Origin: Schmidtea polychroa | Taxonomy: Eukaryota | Length of the DNA: 64,000 nucleotides | Reading direction: 5' to 3' | Assembly: GCA_044892525.1 (NCBI GenBank) | Contig: CM097885.1 | Location: forward strand, 18,850,001 to 18,914,000 | Part shown: positions 29,901-37,487 of the stretch, piece after piece | Layout of the letters: every line of letters starts with the position of its first letter | Position numbering within the stretch: position 1 is the first letter of the stretch | Made by a program: the position numbers and the translations under genes | Notes under the pieces: model-generated | Seen by the model: the letters and a program-made list of their open reading frames with translations, nothing else | What the model was told of the DNA's origin: nothing | Database searches by the model: none

Positions 29901-32022
29901 TTAATTCAATAGTCTGTATCTGAATCTCGGGGTGTTGAATACTTACTTGATATTGATCTGGGCCTGCTTCCTTTAGTTTCTCTTTATATTTTGTTGCTAC
30001 ATCTTTCCATGCTGCCGTTATTATACCTCCTTCACACTGGTATACTTGAGTTATAAGTTTTAAGCATTTTCTGTATGTTAACTCGTTGATGTAGTTCTCA
30101 TTTCGCTCTATTTCTGTTACTGTGTCGAGAATTTCCTCGAATATCTCTTCTTCATCTTTTTCTATCATTGATTTCATGTCATCATTTTCACTCTCCTCAC
30201 TACTTTGAGGTGTTTCACTGTTTGGAGGTGTTTTCGGTTCGTTATTTTCCTCACTTGACTGAAATAATTCGCCTCCCAGGCTACTCACCTCACTTTTCTC
30301 ATCTTCCTGATCCGTCTGATCGCTCCGCATTTGTCTCAGCATGCTTATTTTAGCTTTGGTATGTGGTTCCTTCTTTTCAAACCACTCATTTTTCCTGAAC
30401 CAATGCTCTTTCACTTTTTCTTTTATTTGTTCCTCAGTTAATGTAGGATTTTCGTTTTTGATTCTGTCTTCGATTTTTTGTAGTAGTACCCTCTGAATTC
30501 GATTTTTTGTAATTATCTCATTGCTTTTTGGTTCGTCTTTACTCTCATCTCTCTTTTGTCTCCTTTCTTTCTCCTCTTTGGTAAATTCTTTAATCAATTG
30601 TATTTTCTCTTCACTGCTCAATTCTGTTCGTGGATCAATCTCATCTTCTTTTGTCGTTTTTATCTCCTTGTTTATTATCGGTTCACTCCCGTCGTTGTTA
30701 ACACACTGCTCCGCAGTGTGCGATTCCTCTTTATTTGTTAATCTCATCATATTTATTCTTCCGGGATTCGCTTCCCGTTGTTTCCATCTTTCTTGAATTT
30801 CTCTGGCTTCCTCGTTTTGTAATCTTTGCCATTCGACTCGTTGCTGATCTTGTTGTTGCTTACTTGGTTGGTTCCGGATTTCCTCGGTGCTCTGCATCAT
30901 GTTGATTCGTTGTTGTTGGTTATTAGTCGGTATTCGCAGGATCATATCTTTTAATTGTTCGATTTCCTGCATGAGGTTGATTTGTGTGTTCTGAACTGGA
31001 TTGTTTGATCCTGGTTGATTTGGTTTGGTTCTCATCGTGCATTCTCTTGCCATGTGTCCCGGCTGATTACAATTGTAGCAGGTTCTGGTTCCTCCTCTGC
31101 TCATAGACATCATGGGTCCTCTGCAGACATTTTCCGTGTGGCCTCTTCTCCCACACTTTTGACACATCCTTGCTTTATAACATTCATTGCTCCAATGCCC
31201 TGGTCGTTGGCATATGTTGCACGTTCGATTGTTGATGTCGTTGTTCCTGAAATTATTAGTAAAATTTTGAATATTACCTCCATTGTTTTGGTTTCTTGTT
31301 TGTGGAGTTTTGAACAACTGTTGCGATCCTGGGATAAATTGATTCATTACTGGATTTGCATTATTGACTTGGTTGTTTGTGGTTGTTGCTGTTGTTGCTG
31401 GAGCTGCTGGGGCTGCTGTCATTGCTGCTACTTGTATTGGTGTTAGGTAAGTTTCACATTTGTTAGCTATTTTTAGTGCTTCTTCCAGCGTCTCTGGTGC
31501 TCGGCATCCCAAAGTTGCTCGTATATCCTCCCGTTTCATGCCATCTACGAATACGGCTATTATTTTGTCTTCCGGAACTGGTTGATTTGAATCGAAGGCT
31601 TCTCGTGCTAGTCGTCTCAATTCGCATGCGTACAGTGCGTTGGATTCGTTATATTTCTGCTTTCGATGCAGAAAGTCTAACATTTTTCGATTTCCCTCTT
31701 TTTCGGTACCGAATGTTTTTATTAAAAATTCCTTGATCTCTTTCCACGTTCTCAACTTAGTTGCATCACATTTCGCCTCCAAGTATACATCTTGGGCGCT
31801 TCCCTTTAGATATAGGGGTATTCGTTCTCGTACGACTATGTCTGGCCAGTGACATATCGTAATGTATACTTCGAATTCCTTTATAAACGTTTCCAGCTGG
31901 TTTATATTTCCATCGAATGGCTCTCCTCGAAATTTCTCTCTGAATTCTCCAATGTTGACGTGCACATTACTTGTTTCCGGTGGGTCCGTTAGCCCTGTTA
32001 CATTTGGAATTCCGTCTGTCAT
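17956..32022 (-). CDS. Giant polyprotein Gag-UBL-UBL-MATH-UBL-Bcl2like-Env-PR-RT-RH-IN-ANK-membrane protein
   Basis: Frame is open from 32322 and the first ATG is at 32022 (the track starts at TTG 32244). CCHC x3 31039-31221; MATH ~28348-28788; DTG 24166-24174; YIDD 22945-22956; RNase H TDASG ~22500; integrase HHCC/DDE/GPY ~20900-21900; ankyrin ~20050-20415; C-terminal TM 18229-18291. Confidence 0.95.
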   Translation of the reverse strand: MTDGIPNVTGLTDPPETSNVHVNIGEFREKFRGEPFDGNINQLETFIKEFEVYITICHWPDIVVRERIPLYLKGSAQDVYLEAKCDATKLRTWKEIKEFLIKTFGTEKEGNRKMLDFLHRKQKYNESNALYACELRRLAREAFDSNQPVPEDKIIAVFVDGMKREDIRATLGCRAPETLEEALKIANKCETYLTPIQVAAMTAAPAAPATTATTTNNQVNNANPVMNQFIPGSQQLFKTPQTRNQNNGGNIQNFTNNFRNNDINNRTCNICQRPGHWSNECYKARMCQKCGRRGHTENVCRGPMMSMSRGGTRTCYNCNQPGHMARECTMRTKPNQPGSNNPVQNTQINLMQEIEQLKDMILRIPTNNQQQRINMMQSTEEIRNQPSKQQQDQQRVEWQRLQNEEAREIQERWKQREANPGRINMMRLTNKEESHTAEQCVNNDGSEPIINKEIKTTKEDEIDPRTELSSEEKIQLIKEFTKEEKERRQKRDESKDEPKSNEIITKNRIQRVLLQKIEDRIKNENPTLTEEQIKEKVKEHWFRKNEWFEKKEPHTKAKISMLRQMRSDQTDQEDEKSEVSSLGGELFQSSEENNEPKTPPNSETPQSSEESENDDMKSMIEKDEEEIFEEILDTVTEIERNENYINELTYRKCLKLITQVYQCEGGIITAAWKDVATKYKEKLKEAGPDQYQVSIQHPEIQIQTIELKGTNTDELYNWVQEKMGTSHKNKQLYVDGYKVKMGIHLVDAMIWPNETNILTLEKTRDDDSVAEMFKKIQQVFNNEVEPELEKIERKIMKENQIILVKQAIDQTRKYINRLRERWPQLMKQFVKDVRDTEIMRFEDKRATELISKYGEYERTKCEHETIKIKVKLPNEEKQIIEVNPDCQVDELVQIIDQEIIQKARENSEDGMIEDVIIMYNRHMLERGDRTGIYELGIWEDGAVINIIAMDEPSGGHKNATKTEQQVKRFQWGMRAKMDRIIDIYNHWLKDDKLKLAAFNDEDCKLIPWKKVWIESEARWDWEQQKLEPNWIDNIPEEIAAVWVREKPIDTYQDILPQEFQNELPSGEDEEIREPVRLAPFTWKIENWMEKIKSAKEEKITRLVSPPFYSGLGEYKMKLRIYPNGDGIGKGNYVSAFFAICKGNYDDKVPWPFSRKVTIAIEPLKDSLNMHKETLKPDPRSACYQRPTTSENIASGTPKLIRLSYIENEQSKFVKNNAIQIRVEVETEQEMNQRLNIPENQPRICMMRRRVPDSGHLPIDADADEEEAATLLEAQKCKELMEILQNGAKNRRRAVVELAKWIAESCKRIQNLRKIVKAIEEYRRVYVWYPEQFGEIIRKWKQREWAENSPEKYQLKIFMPDFEPMEKEFYTTAKVREVKKRIPYELPFHLQHEGRSLDDDIEIGVTPLQGEIVNRLTVSKIAGRELRRREIKQKSSTQQPGSLDTPEVPNAVSEVTIETTGEDEILDELQEIVEAGEIMRASQSGDLFIDEGEPTTDDLDGFVCAQRQPVETTEAETDLDNVERGANKDVTTTDEWSNWRVDPGATTSKDTTYNPPKRKETGTAMDRRTRGRPKTDKAEIEPKSKVQAQMEQVKTKMDKLSALVKQVKVKTSVREQGTRWINDLLANMLALANPEVKRVMRKDNIPTEAKQLWAVLKPIIMKIMDNKIRLTLKDPVELRLIVEHLLSRSEDQNRFLVGLAYLVYNVIGQYKKRMPKYNATGYEFTVTEIIKRSIEPYILEQGGWRSFIESTGKKDQTEMMQAKLRDLLTEFEGTININDPRASRKGMNAIITTILIWMMCIKGTESFAVYDCDNIKIHEKYSLKDTEDCKAANPRKLQTVMASVSYNVYQEADFIKTMVQECTVTRKIFAHHCGSSSHSTIIEPGLESTVILLSREECEEGFRSGRIHLRQGIEIAAEPGKIKTTRVYTAGRITKGDGTCETGTYTLNGQLVSGVVVIESYEAKLEKYQGYFDPDTQAMKKYPSCLASDRSCSTGMSTLVYHADQKVCRLMLLKTAIFEEIQGKVYSEPKGEAERRAMEELRARKGFREDVITSKLESEVTPTAIISKDDGIGMRFIKNKMVSKCDEMVISTNYKGIYLSRRTLANAVGRLSEKDVKLYLYANNKMDFLYHRGLTSTEKVYHDLLRNDCLLNKEILRTKLAMAITNPDNAIPLLPLQEGYFGRIVGEVMYTYQCKKIMARLPENPTIPRDKCANELEIIHEGKPRFVQAVTRIMNPVGFQPNLFNCSNAYGPMYEKEDGQWVQFPSKTIVVTPKKFGLTELTTELEFKPIDVSQSGLYTPKDLESARAHMLFPAHRQAILSNIVTISGGNNYGESPNYELLLSPSHYQQATANMMKAMWGRFLVFGQMMAGILGIILIIQIVRVILTQMLACFDIYKRERKVNWKLAIGFLPFLAKTMVLHGHSKDIHRIKRLLKILTQMKGTDEEVGRKFKVIMRLEAERTQEKAKRTGKWKKWMNLRRDDDSDNDNDDFNDDDNNQGGAMLINKNTATWENEKMKPWGSPYSQTPYLQAPTNGPMRRPGTMRERIRMGTGRLPIPNIYPTAYEPNWAAMDPTMIKQAKSVEQEVETRTIAVLQTPAGPSLTITVEVNGIEMDAMIDTGANISAINMNMLPGRLWPCIEETTMDVITCSKQSIAVVGRVWSTIEYKGVKVTTYLAVIRQLSVSCIIGTDVMPELLKEIVIDLSSMKLKDKTGQICTMRTEVRCSEKMIIPARTQTICYVKVDNEAKGDMIFEPSQKFEKRRELPLAREIVSINEDNEIPINITNFDEEDKVIYENERLGKLTPMMNIELPEIKSEGADEKELWTIDSELLNKDEKEQLRQLLIEFKDIFAASDLDLGTSDVTQHIIPLTDETPITLRPYRLAEAQKTVAEEEVQKMLDAGVIEPSCSPWQFPVVMVKKKDGTQRFCIDYRRLNAVTKRDTYPLPDINEMLQMLHGAAYFTSLDLKSGYWQIKVKEEDREKTAFTIGKDLYQFKKMPFGLTNAPASFQRCMNFVTHGIKQCMVYIDDLLIYSGTFEQHLIDIRNVFIRLKQWKLKLKPSKCDWAKERVTFLGHIVSAKGKEPDPRNVEKIKNCPIPKTVTQVQEFLGLCGYYRKFIKNYATIAKPIQELTKKDTPFLWEREQQIAFESLRDKLIASPILIHPDFKKPFLLATDASGYASGAVLGQWDEEKRERVIGYYSKTFKKHEKNYSVTEREALAIIQAIKHFKYLLWGHEIIITTDHQPLVWLGQHKEASSRLMRWAMQLQEYSPYIKFKSGKANANADCMSRFVFEELMDHDVRRICLIIAEDIDFTNLKNEQKEDNELKLIIEFLEKNDMKIFNNDDRLKEHMEKNRHRYTIEKGWLLVMDGDKRLMCLPESRRKAIMIQYHDGKLGGHMSAKKTEARLKQKYYWPNMSDDVKEWIKNCLICATRKTTGSKLKPPLKPMPIPPEPMTMIAMDVVGPLPETNSGNVYILVITDYLTKFPEAFAMPDQKARTVARILVEEICCRYGTPKQILTDQGTNFMSEIINEVTNYFRIAKLRTSPYHPQTNGQTERFNGILIDMMSNYVSKHQKDWDEYIKLCLMAYRMSIHSATKMSPFKLMYGRECNMPMDLEYQPPISQYMEIDDYVTKFKERMQEIWKTAGMNIRFNQESYKELHDKKKNVQNHQFKIGDWVIIETPELIPGTAKKLQRNGRGPYEIIYVNENNARVKLVNNPLIRPIYVNTCRCKAVAKTATKDPETRRIITRSQTNATTEPEVSGRLTRSQTRRIFMLRGETSSSAHKGTEAESEADAMARSQATWNMTVKIAREIVPEWADITNKYQVLGKLMLVAERYAKGRRYAEGLQIPTQIYELIRRLPIMFLTSDLSNNWPIHHAVKAGQEKRALEIIRIMENCKQSTNVKNSKGKTPLMKAIAIGASRDVLRELLRTGSTLKEKDNKQRTVLRYAVRSKRPSIVNFITGNATTEEAEVLGQSIEPILEAIRGNLDRTAAILIKWKQNELRAEVIDINQFQNNENIVLRSAIYSRPPMPKTIKAILQRNRTELTGNWWKCTKTHAMKKQLGILVWEWHRKQRKYQGTKEERESIHNDKKEIIKKYEEMIKAANVEDDIFRKTPGERNDDDDDDERMGDNDNNPEENDREQNPEGGETTSDDEELEEDEEDQCRGEDQGFDKTENKKRKSPLHSIVCRNQIQPILLQRIFIILTSICLTETKNMRIVREASQEGEVFMIKVSDYDGNAVGICVQLMEGTGVSCDFRSITKGKIFSSQKRDPRLCGDYDICRDISTKEMELERANETGVHFQLNILEEGIEIEDKGSRSITHVCIREDRDICIITDMTQDHKFFWGEVKPNTPTVVCAGTQGIVVCKGTRTAPRKDKPKSMAMKQDPLRGITTKKPNKSVSTKTTTEQNQTELITTTTWINEVIKDERREVQITINLNKKGEEVITVKNQEGEPIIRICVMDKTGIIDCTTTPIDKGTDVKMETGKRKERYQVCILKKGRGTSVCQPITRQKPQLINIPWIPRDQKGGEKRENHSHLTEKEKERLHQAFKKIKAPETNTTGSTILTTEKTNNGTTIITKMIWITSAIVSTIIALAMIQWIRTTKRCKQKPRNQRKWPKVEKFEYGIPTENLNLEEYEVVEDPGSSGLWMSELPRIPTPNEWTHEVDIYRITDERYGGMRTLHSGPMATLV
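24760..26667 (-). other. Envelope glycoprotein domain (chuvirus-G-like) within the polyprotein
   Basis: Internal signal MNAIITTILIWMMCIKGTES, then AVYDC..YSL....C, HCGSSSH, SREEC, GEVMYTYQC, C.NEL, SGLYT..L....MLFP; TM at 24857-24950. Confidence 0.8.
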
Positions 32023-33113
32023 TATTTCTTGACACAAAATTGTTATATTGGTTGACTCTGAACTATTTCCTTCCTCGTCTGATGATTCAATGTCACTTAT
32101 CGGATCTAGTTCGGTTCGTTTAAGATCGTCGCTGTTCTCAAATTCGTTTGTTAAACTGTCTGATTCAAATACTGTTTCTACTGATGCTGGCTTCCTGTGT
32201 AGTTTTCTGTTGGTCTTGGCCTTTTGTATCTCTTCCTTTTCCAATAAACTGAGGTTTCCTTTACTTTTTCGCCTCGTTCGGTTAGCTATGCTATCAATTT
32301 TTCCTCCTTTTAATATCCTTTGCTAAATTTTCTACTTTGTCAATCGAGCTCGATGTTTTCTAAGTATTTTTCTCGCTTTAATCTTTACGATTCTCTAACT
32401 CTTCTTGGATTTGGTTTTATTAATTTCCTTGATTCTTCGCTTCTAATTGATTTCTCTATATCTCTTGATTTCTATTGCTTTCTTGATTTCTTTGATTTCT
32501 TTCTGAATTGTTTGCTTTATTCTAAAATAATTAACACCTCTAGTACATATCATAAATTCTCTTTGTTAAACCCTTCATTTACTTTCCCTTTTCCCTTTAT
32601 TTTACTGTCCCTTCGCTTCAAATTTTCTAGCTTTTCTACACTTCTCGCTATTCGCCCCATTTTGATTTTAAGTTGATTTTAAATTATCTATAACTCGTAT
32701 CAATTATCTATATAGTCGTATCAATTATCTATCCCTTTTATTATTATCATAGAAATATAATATTAATCACATAAATATCAAAATAAACATATCATTAATA
32801 AATAAAATTCAATAATTCAACTACTATCTATTCGTTCGCTTTTCCCCATCCAAAAACTGGTTTAATTTTCGCTTGCGCCGGCGCTTTATCATAATTCTCC
32901 TCTACTCATTACATATTTATCGCACTTAATCTATTTCAGTTTAATCAATTTCATAGTTAATCATTGATGCTTTGGTTCGCGCGACCTCTACATCCACCTT
33001 TATTTACCATCGGCTCTCTGGCCGGTTTGTTCAACTCCTTTATTTTCATTTAAATCATTTCACTCAATTACCATCGGCTCCTTGGCCGGTTTAATCAACT
33101 CATTTTAATCTCA

Positions 33114-33425
33114 TGAAGTCTTTTACGACTCCTAGACGCCTGGGCTTTTACACCATTACGCCATATAATCTACTATTACCCATCAACGCTTTGGTTTGTT
33201 AGACCTCCGCGTCGGCATCGGCTTCCGGCCGGTTTAATCAAAATTGAAGTCTTTTACGACTCCTAGACGCCTGGGCTTTTACACCATTACGCCATATAAT
33301 CTACTATTACCCATCAACGCTTTGGTTTGTTAGACCTCCGCGTCGGCATCGGCTTCCGGCCGGTTTAATCAAAATTGAAGTCTTTTACGACTCCTAGACG
33401 CCTGGGCTTTTACACCATTACGCCG
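33114..33425. repeat. 131-bp tandem repeat (~2.4 copies) in the 5' leader
   Basis: Unit TGAAGTCTTTTACGACTCCTAGACGCC... restarts at 33114, 33245 and 33376; degenerate sub-units extend to ~32970. Confidence 0.9.
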
Positions 33426-34834
33426 TATTCGCGGTCTTCGGTCCCTGACCGGTTTCAAATGCCCTAAATGAGGTTTCTTCAACCCCCAGACGCCTTCGGT
33501 TTTAACACCTACTATCGTCCCTACCGCGATTAAATTGAGTTGACAGTTGACTTTCGGGCTAATCAAAAATTCGAGGCTCCTCCTACTCCAACTCTTAATC
33601 TGCTGAGGCCTCACAACTGGCTCAATTCTTGGCCGCTTATTGAAAAGAGTCTAATACCGGTAACTCTAATCTCATCGCCGTTTCACTGGGCCTATCGGTA
33701 CTCGGTGTGGGCATCCGGGTTTTGTACCGACCCCTGCTAGCAATAATCACGAAGAAAAAACATCCTATCTATCAGGATTTAAAAAAAAAACACGGAAATG
33801 CCTAATCGCCTTGATCGTGATTCTCAAAAGTGATGAACCAGATCTCCCGACTAGTGAAGATAAAAGGAAATTGGGTATGCAGTTGACTCTCGGTCTCCCG
33901 CCTCACAACTGGTCCAATCTTGGTTGCCTGTTGAGTACGAGTTCTTTACCGGTTGACTCGCATCTCACAACCGTTTCACTGGGCTCCTTGATACTCGGTG
34001 TAGGTAACTGGGTCTCTCTCGCTCGCTACCCTTCCGGGTTTTTGTATCAAGTCCCGCTAGCAACTCAAAAAGGTGCGCCCAATACTCGGTGTGGCATCCG
34101 GGTTTTTGTATTGGGTGATCCAGCATCATCAGTCCCTTGGCTGATAATCTCCTGGACACTACAGTCCGGTGGTTAGCCGCTGTACTCGGGTGCCTCATCA
34201 CTCGCTAGGGAAAAATCATTATTTTCATCTGATTTGAAGTCCAAAAACGGTTTCTTCAAATCCGCAGCTGCTCTCGGATTAAATTTTTAACATTTAGCGC
34301 GTGTTTTTCAATTTTTATTTTATTTTTCTATTTTTATTCGCCCTTTTAGTTAGTCCCAGTCTCCCAGACAAAAATATAATAATCGCGTTGGTTCGTTTCC
34401 CACAAGTGGTGATCAGTCACTGGACAGAAACTCCCCAACATTTGCGATGGATCCTACTACATTCTCTCATCAGGGTGATCAGGATTTCCCCATCCGGGCA
34501 AGTGTCGTAAGGACGATTCACTTGTCATCCCCTCATTATCGTATCTCTTTATGCCAAAATAACAAACAGGAAGAAAAGAAAATTGGAAATAAAAATCGTA
34601 CTGATCTTAGCGATCAGCTCATTCATACGACTATGATCAGTCCTGCATTCAATTCTGATTTTAGTTCTAATTGCTGTGTTGCTTGTCTATTTATTTAACG
34701 TATTCTGTGTTCTTTATATGTCTATGTTCATCGTATGTTTTATACCTTTCGGTTGCTATAATGGATTTTTAATATAATTTACTAATTTTTTCACTCCATA
34801 TTCATTCACAAGAAATTTATTTGACAACATCTCC

Positions 34835-35317
34835 TTATGGGAGGTATATTACAATTTTCTCTCTAACATTCGTATCGCATACGTCGCATCGTTTAATTTT
34901 CTCTGCGCAATTCTCGCAGTAGCATAAATGACCACATGGAATCGTCATTACTCGTATTTCATTGGTTCTGCATATGAAGCATTTTCTAAAATCTTTAACT
35001 TGATGTTCGATTGCTTCTTTAATTTCTTCCTCGATCGTTTCCATTTTTATCATTATCTCCTGCCATTTGATGTTAAATTTGGCATTGTCTAATCGTAAAT
35101 TTTGAAGTTGATAAACTCTTTTAGTGGTCAATTCTGCATTAGGTGTCGCTATTTTCATCATTACGCATATTTCCTCAGCTTGCGGTCTTGGATTCAAGCT
35201 CATCTCATCTTGGATTTTTATCAACTGGTCCGCTTTGCGATTTAGCCGTTGTAACGAATTGTGTGTTAAATCTACGAATTTTTCGAGTCTCTTTGTAATG
35301 TAGCCGGTTGATTCCAT
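34835..35317 (-). CDS. Upstream accessory coiled-coil plus IAP-type RING protein
   Basis: CFICRTNEIRVMTIPCGHLCYCENC....CDVC...KIVIYLP at the C-terminus; lies between the PBS and gag. Confidence 0.85.
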   Translation of the reverse strand: MESTGYITKRLEKFVDLTHNSLQRLNRKADQLIKIQDEMSLNPRPQAEEICVMMKIATPNAELTTKRVYQLQNLRLDNAKFNIKWQEIMIKMETIEEEIKEAIEHQVKDFRKCFICRTNEIRVMTIPCGHLCYCENCAEKIKRCDVCDTNVREKIVIYLP

Positions 35318-36016
35318 CTAATTAAGATTTATTAATTAAAGTTCTCTTTTTATTAATATTCCGCGTCATTTTTCCCCCTTTATCGTTTTTCCCCCTAATA
35401 TCCAGGATACTTTATTTTATTAGTGCTTCGATAAACCTTTACATTCTACTTATTACCCTTAACAACTCCGTCTCCCTCTGTTTAATGCTCTATTCCGCGC
35501 ACATTTCTTTCATGATCTTGTGATTTTATTACAATCGTTTTAATTATATATAACCCATATCCCATTCCTTATCGCCATATTTTACACGTTTTCTGATTAA
35601 GTTTAATTTCATTGTTCATTTGTTCTATCTTTATTAGCGTGCTATCCCCCCTTTTCCCTATTTTTAAATTTTTATTATTTCCTTATATTTACATTTTATT
35701 AATCGTTGCTATCTACAATTTTATTATAATTTGTTTTCGTTTTAATTTTCGTTTATCCTCATTCATTCTATTACTAAATTATTCGTACAGCATTCTCATA
35801 CCCACTTTCAATACATTCATATGCCGTCATACTTTAAAACTTCCATCACTCATTTAGACATTCTACATACATTTTATCATATTCGCATATCCATATACTA
35901 AGTTTAAGCGCTTGGGAAAACAACCTGCTCGGTCTTGAATGCATATCACTTTATATCCGCTTTTACTCTCTCTATTATATCTATTCTCGGGTTCTTTCAC
36001 CAATTAAATTTTCAAT

Positions 36017-36034
36017 ATCCCGGCTGAGCCCCCA
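36017..36034 (-). promoter_or_regulatory. Primer binding site, tRNA-Pro-like
   Basis: Minus strand TGGGGGCTCAGCCGGGAT matches the canonical tRNA-Pro PBS TGGGGGCTCGTCCGGGAT at 16/18; 8 nt from the 5' LTR. Confidence 0.85.
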
Positions 36035-36441
36035 AATTTGTATGGTGGGTTACTGGTGGTTGAATGATTGAGTGCTGTTACCAGCGTAACCCAAAATACA
36101 ACATTGTTTTTTCCGCTTGGTACCCGTTGAGTGATCAACGTTGGTACTGTACCAAGGGTTGAGTACTCGCAAAAAGTGAGCGCATCAAAGCACTATAGTT
36201 GTCGAGTACTCCGTGGGTTCACGGACTACCGATAGAAGGTGTGTGTCCGATTTCTCAGGTCCCTTTATCAAAATTGTTTTCCCAACCTTATGCACAAACT
36301 CTCATTTCCCAGGCAATCATAAACTGTACTAGTCATTATTTTATCACTACAAAACGTGCAGTATTTTAACAAGGAACATATTATTTGAAGACTACCACCA
36401 TACATAAAAATACTACAAAACACCTAAAACCGAATATAAGT

Positions 36442-36912
36442 TCAAACAGGCTTATTGGTAGGACTGGCCAATTCCGTCGCATCTGCTAGTGACGAATTTG
36501 CTTGTCGCTCGTATTCGGCCAGTCTAGCTTTCTTCAATTTTTCCCGAATATTTCGGCCTAACCGCTTTCTTGTGGGTTTCTCTTTCGCGGCCGGGGGGTA
36601 TATTGCTGCTAGTTCCACGGTCAACGGCCGGATTTGGCTTATGGCGGCTCCGTGAACTACTTGTTCATTGCGTTCGGTTTTTAACGCGCGGAGCTGGAGT
36701 TTCAGTGCCCGGATCTCCATCTGATCCTGCGCAGCTTGCGTCTGCAGTTGAAGGACCTGCGCCACCTTCTTTTTCATATCCTCGGGACTAAACCAGGTGC
36801 TTTCTAGTTCCCGGCATCGTCCCTTGAGCTTGTCTACTCGTATGCGGAGCTCCTCGGACTGTTTTTGAGCATCTGCTCTATCTCTTCGCAGATTTTCCAA
36901 TAGTTTGAACAC
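36442..36912 (-). CDS. LTR-encoded coiled-coil protein (5' LTR copy)
   Basis: Identical translation to 6558..7028. Confidence 0.7.
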   Translation of the reverse strand: MFKLLENLRRDRADAQKQSEELRIRVDKLKGRCRELESTWFSPEDMKKKVAQVLQLQTQAAQDQMEIRALKLQLRALKTERNEQVVHGAAISQIRPLTVELAAIYPPAAKEKPTRKRLGRNIREKLKKARLAEYERQANSSLADATELASPTNKPV

Positions 36913-37121
36913 TAGATAAATTCAACGATTATATTCTTGCAGCATACTCTTCATTCAATTATAAAATAAAATCAATATTATAAATAAACATAGTTTCGGA
37001 TGTTAAGCACGCAATACACAAGATGATTTATTAAAAGGACTGAAATAATTATCACTAAAATCAAAGTTTAATAAAGTCACAACTGGATGATAATTTGCAA
37101 AAACAAAATTTTGACGATGAG

Positions 37122-37487
37122 TCAGTTCAGTCGCTTGCGAGGCCTTCCCCTCTTCCGCGGGGTTGCCTCGGCCTCTTCTAGGTCCTCCACGGTTTTTCCC
37201 TCTTTTTCTGCTTGGATTTGTAGCTCGATTTTCTTGAGTCGCATCTGAGCTGCTTCTACCTCGATGGCCGCTCGGTCGCGGGCCTCTTGCAAAAAATCGT
37301 TTGTGGGCTCTGTTTTTACCCACGCCGGAGCGTCCGGCTCCGGCCCACTCCTGATTACTGGGCCAAAGTTGTCGAGGTCCAAACCCCGATTCCAATCATG
37401 GATACGGTGCCATATGTACCGTGTACGGAGTCTGGTAAGCATCTGTCGGTCGACTTCTTCGTGGCTATCGCTGTCAGAGTAGGACAT
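37122..37487 (-). CDS. LTR-encoded AT-hook protein (5' LTR copy)
   Basis: Identical translation to 7238..7603. Confidence 0.7.
   Translation of the reverse strand: MSYSDSDSHEEVDRQMLTRLRTRYIWHRIHDWNRGLDLDNFGPVIRSGPEPDAPAWVKTEPTNDFLQEARDRAAIEVEAAQMRLKKIELQIQAEKEGKTVEDLEEAEATPRKRGRPRKRLN

Noticed and set aside
32323..32553. In-frame ATG at 32553 followed by four TAG codons before the polyprotein frame opens (possible readthrough or recoding)
   Set aside because: TAG ends other ORFs in the element, four readthrough events are implausible, and the purine-rich strand makes a K/R/E-rich look expected by chance.
10985..32676. Many plus-strand ORFs, e.g. 16208..17110 (300 aa)
   Set aside because: Antisense shadows of strongly biased coding sequence with S/F/L-rich composition and no motifs.
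33114..33425. Tandem repeat as a possible CRISPR array
   Set aside because: Whole units repeat with no unique spacers; eukaryotic retroelement context.
34100..34480. CTGATGA motifs on the minus strand as possible hammerhead ribozymes
   Set aside because: No correctly placed stem II plus GAAA core could be found by eye.
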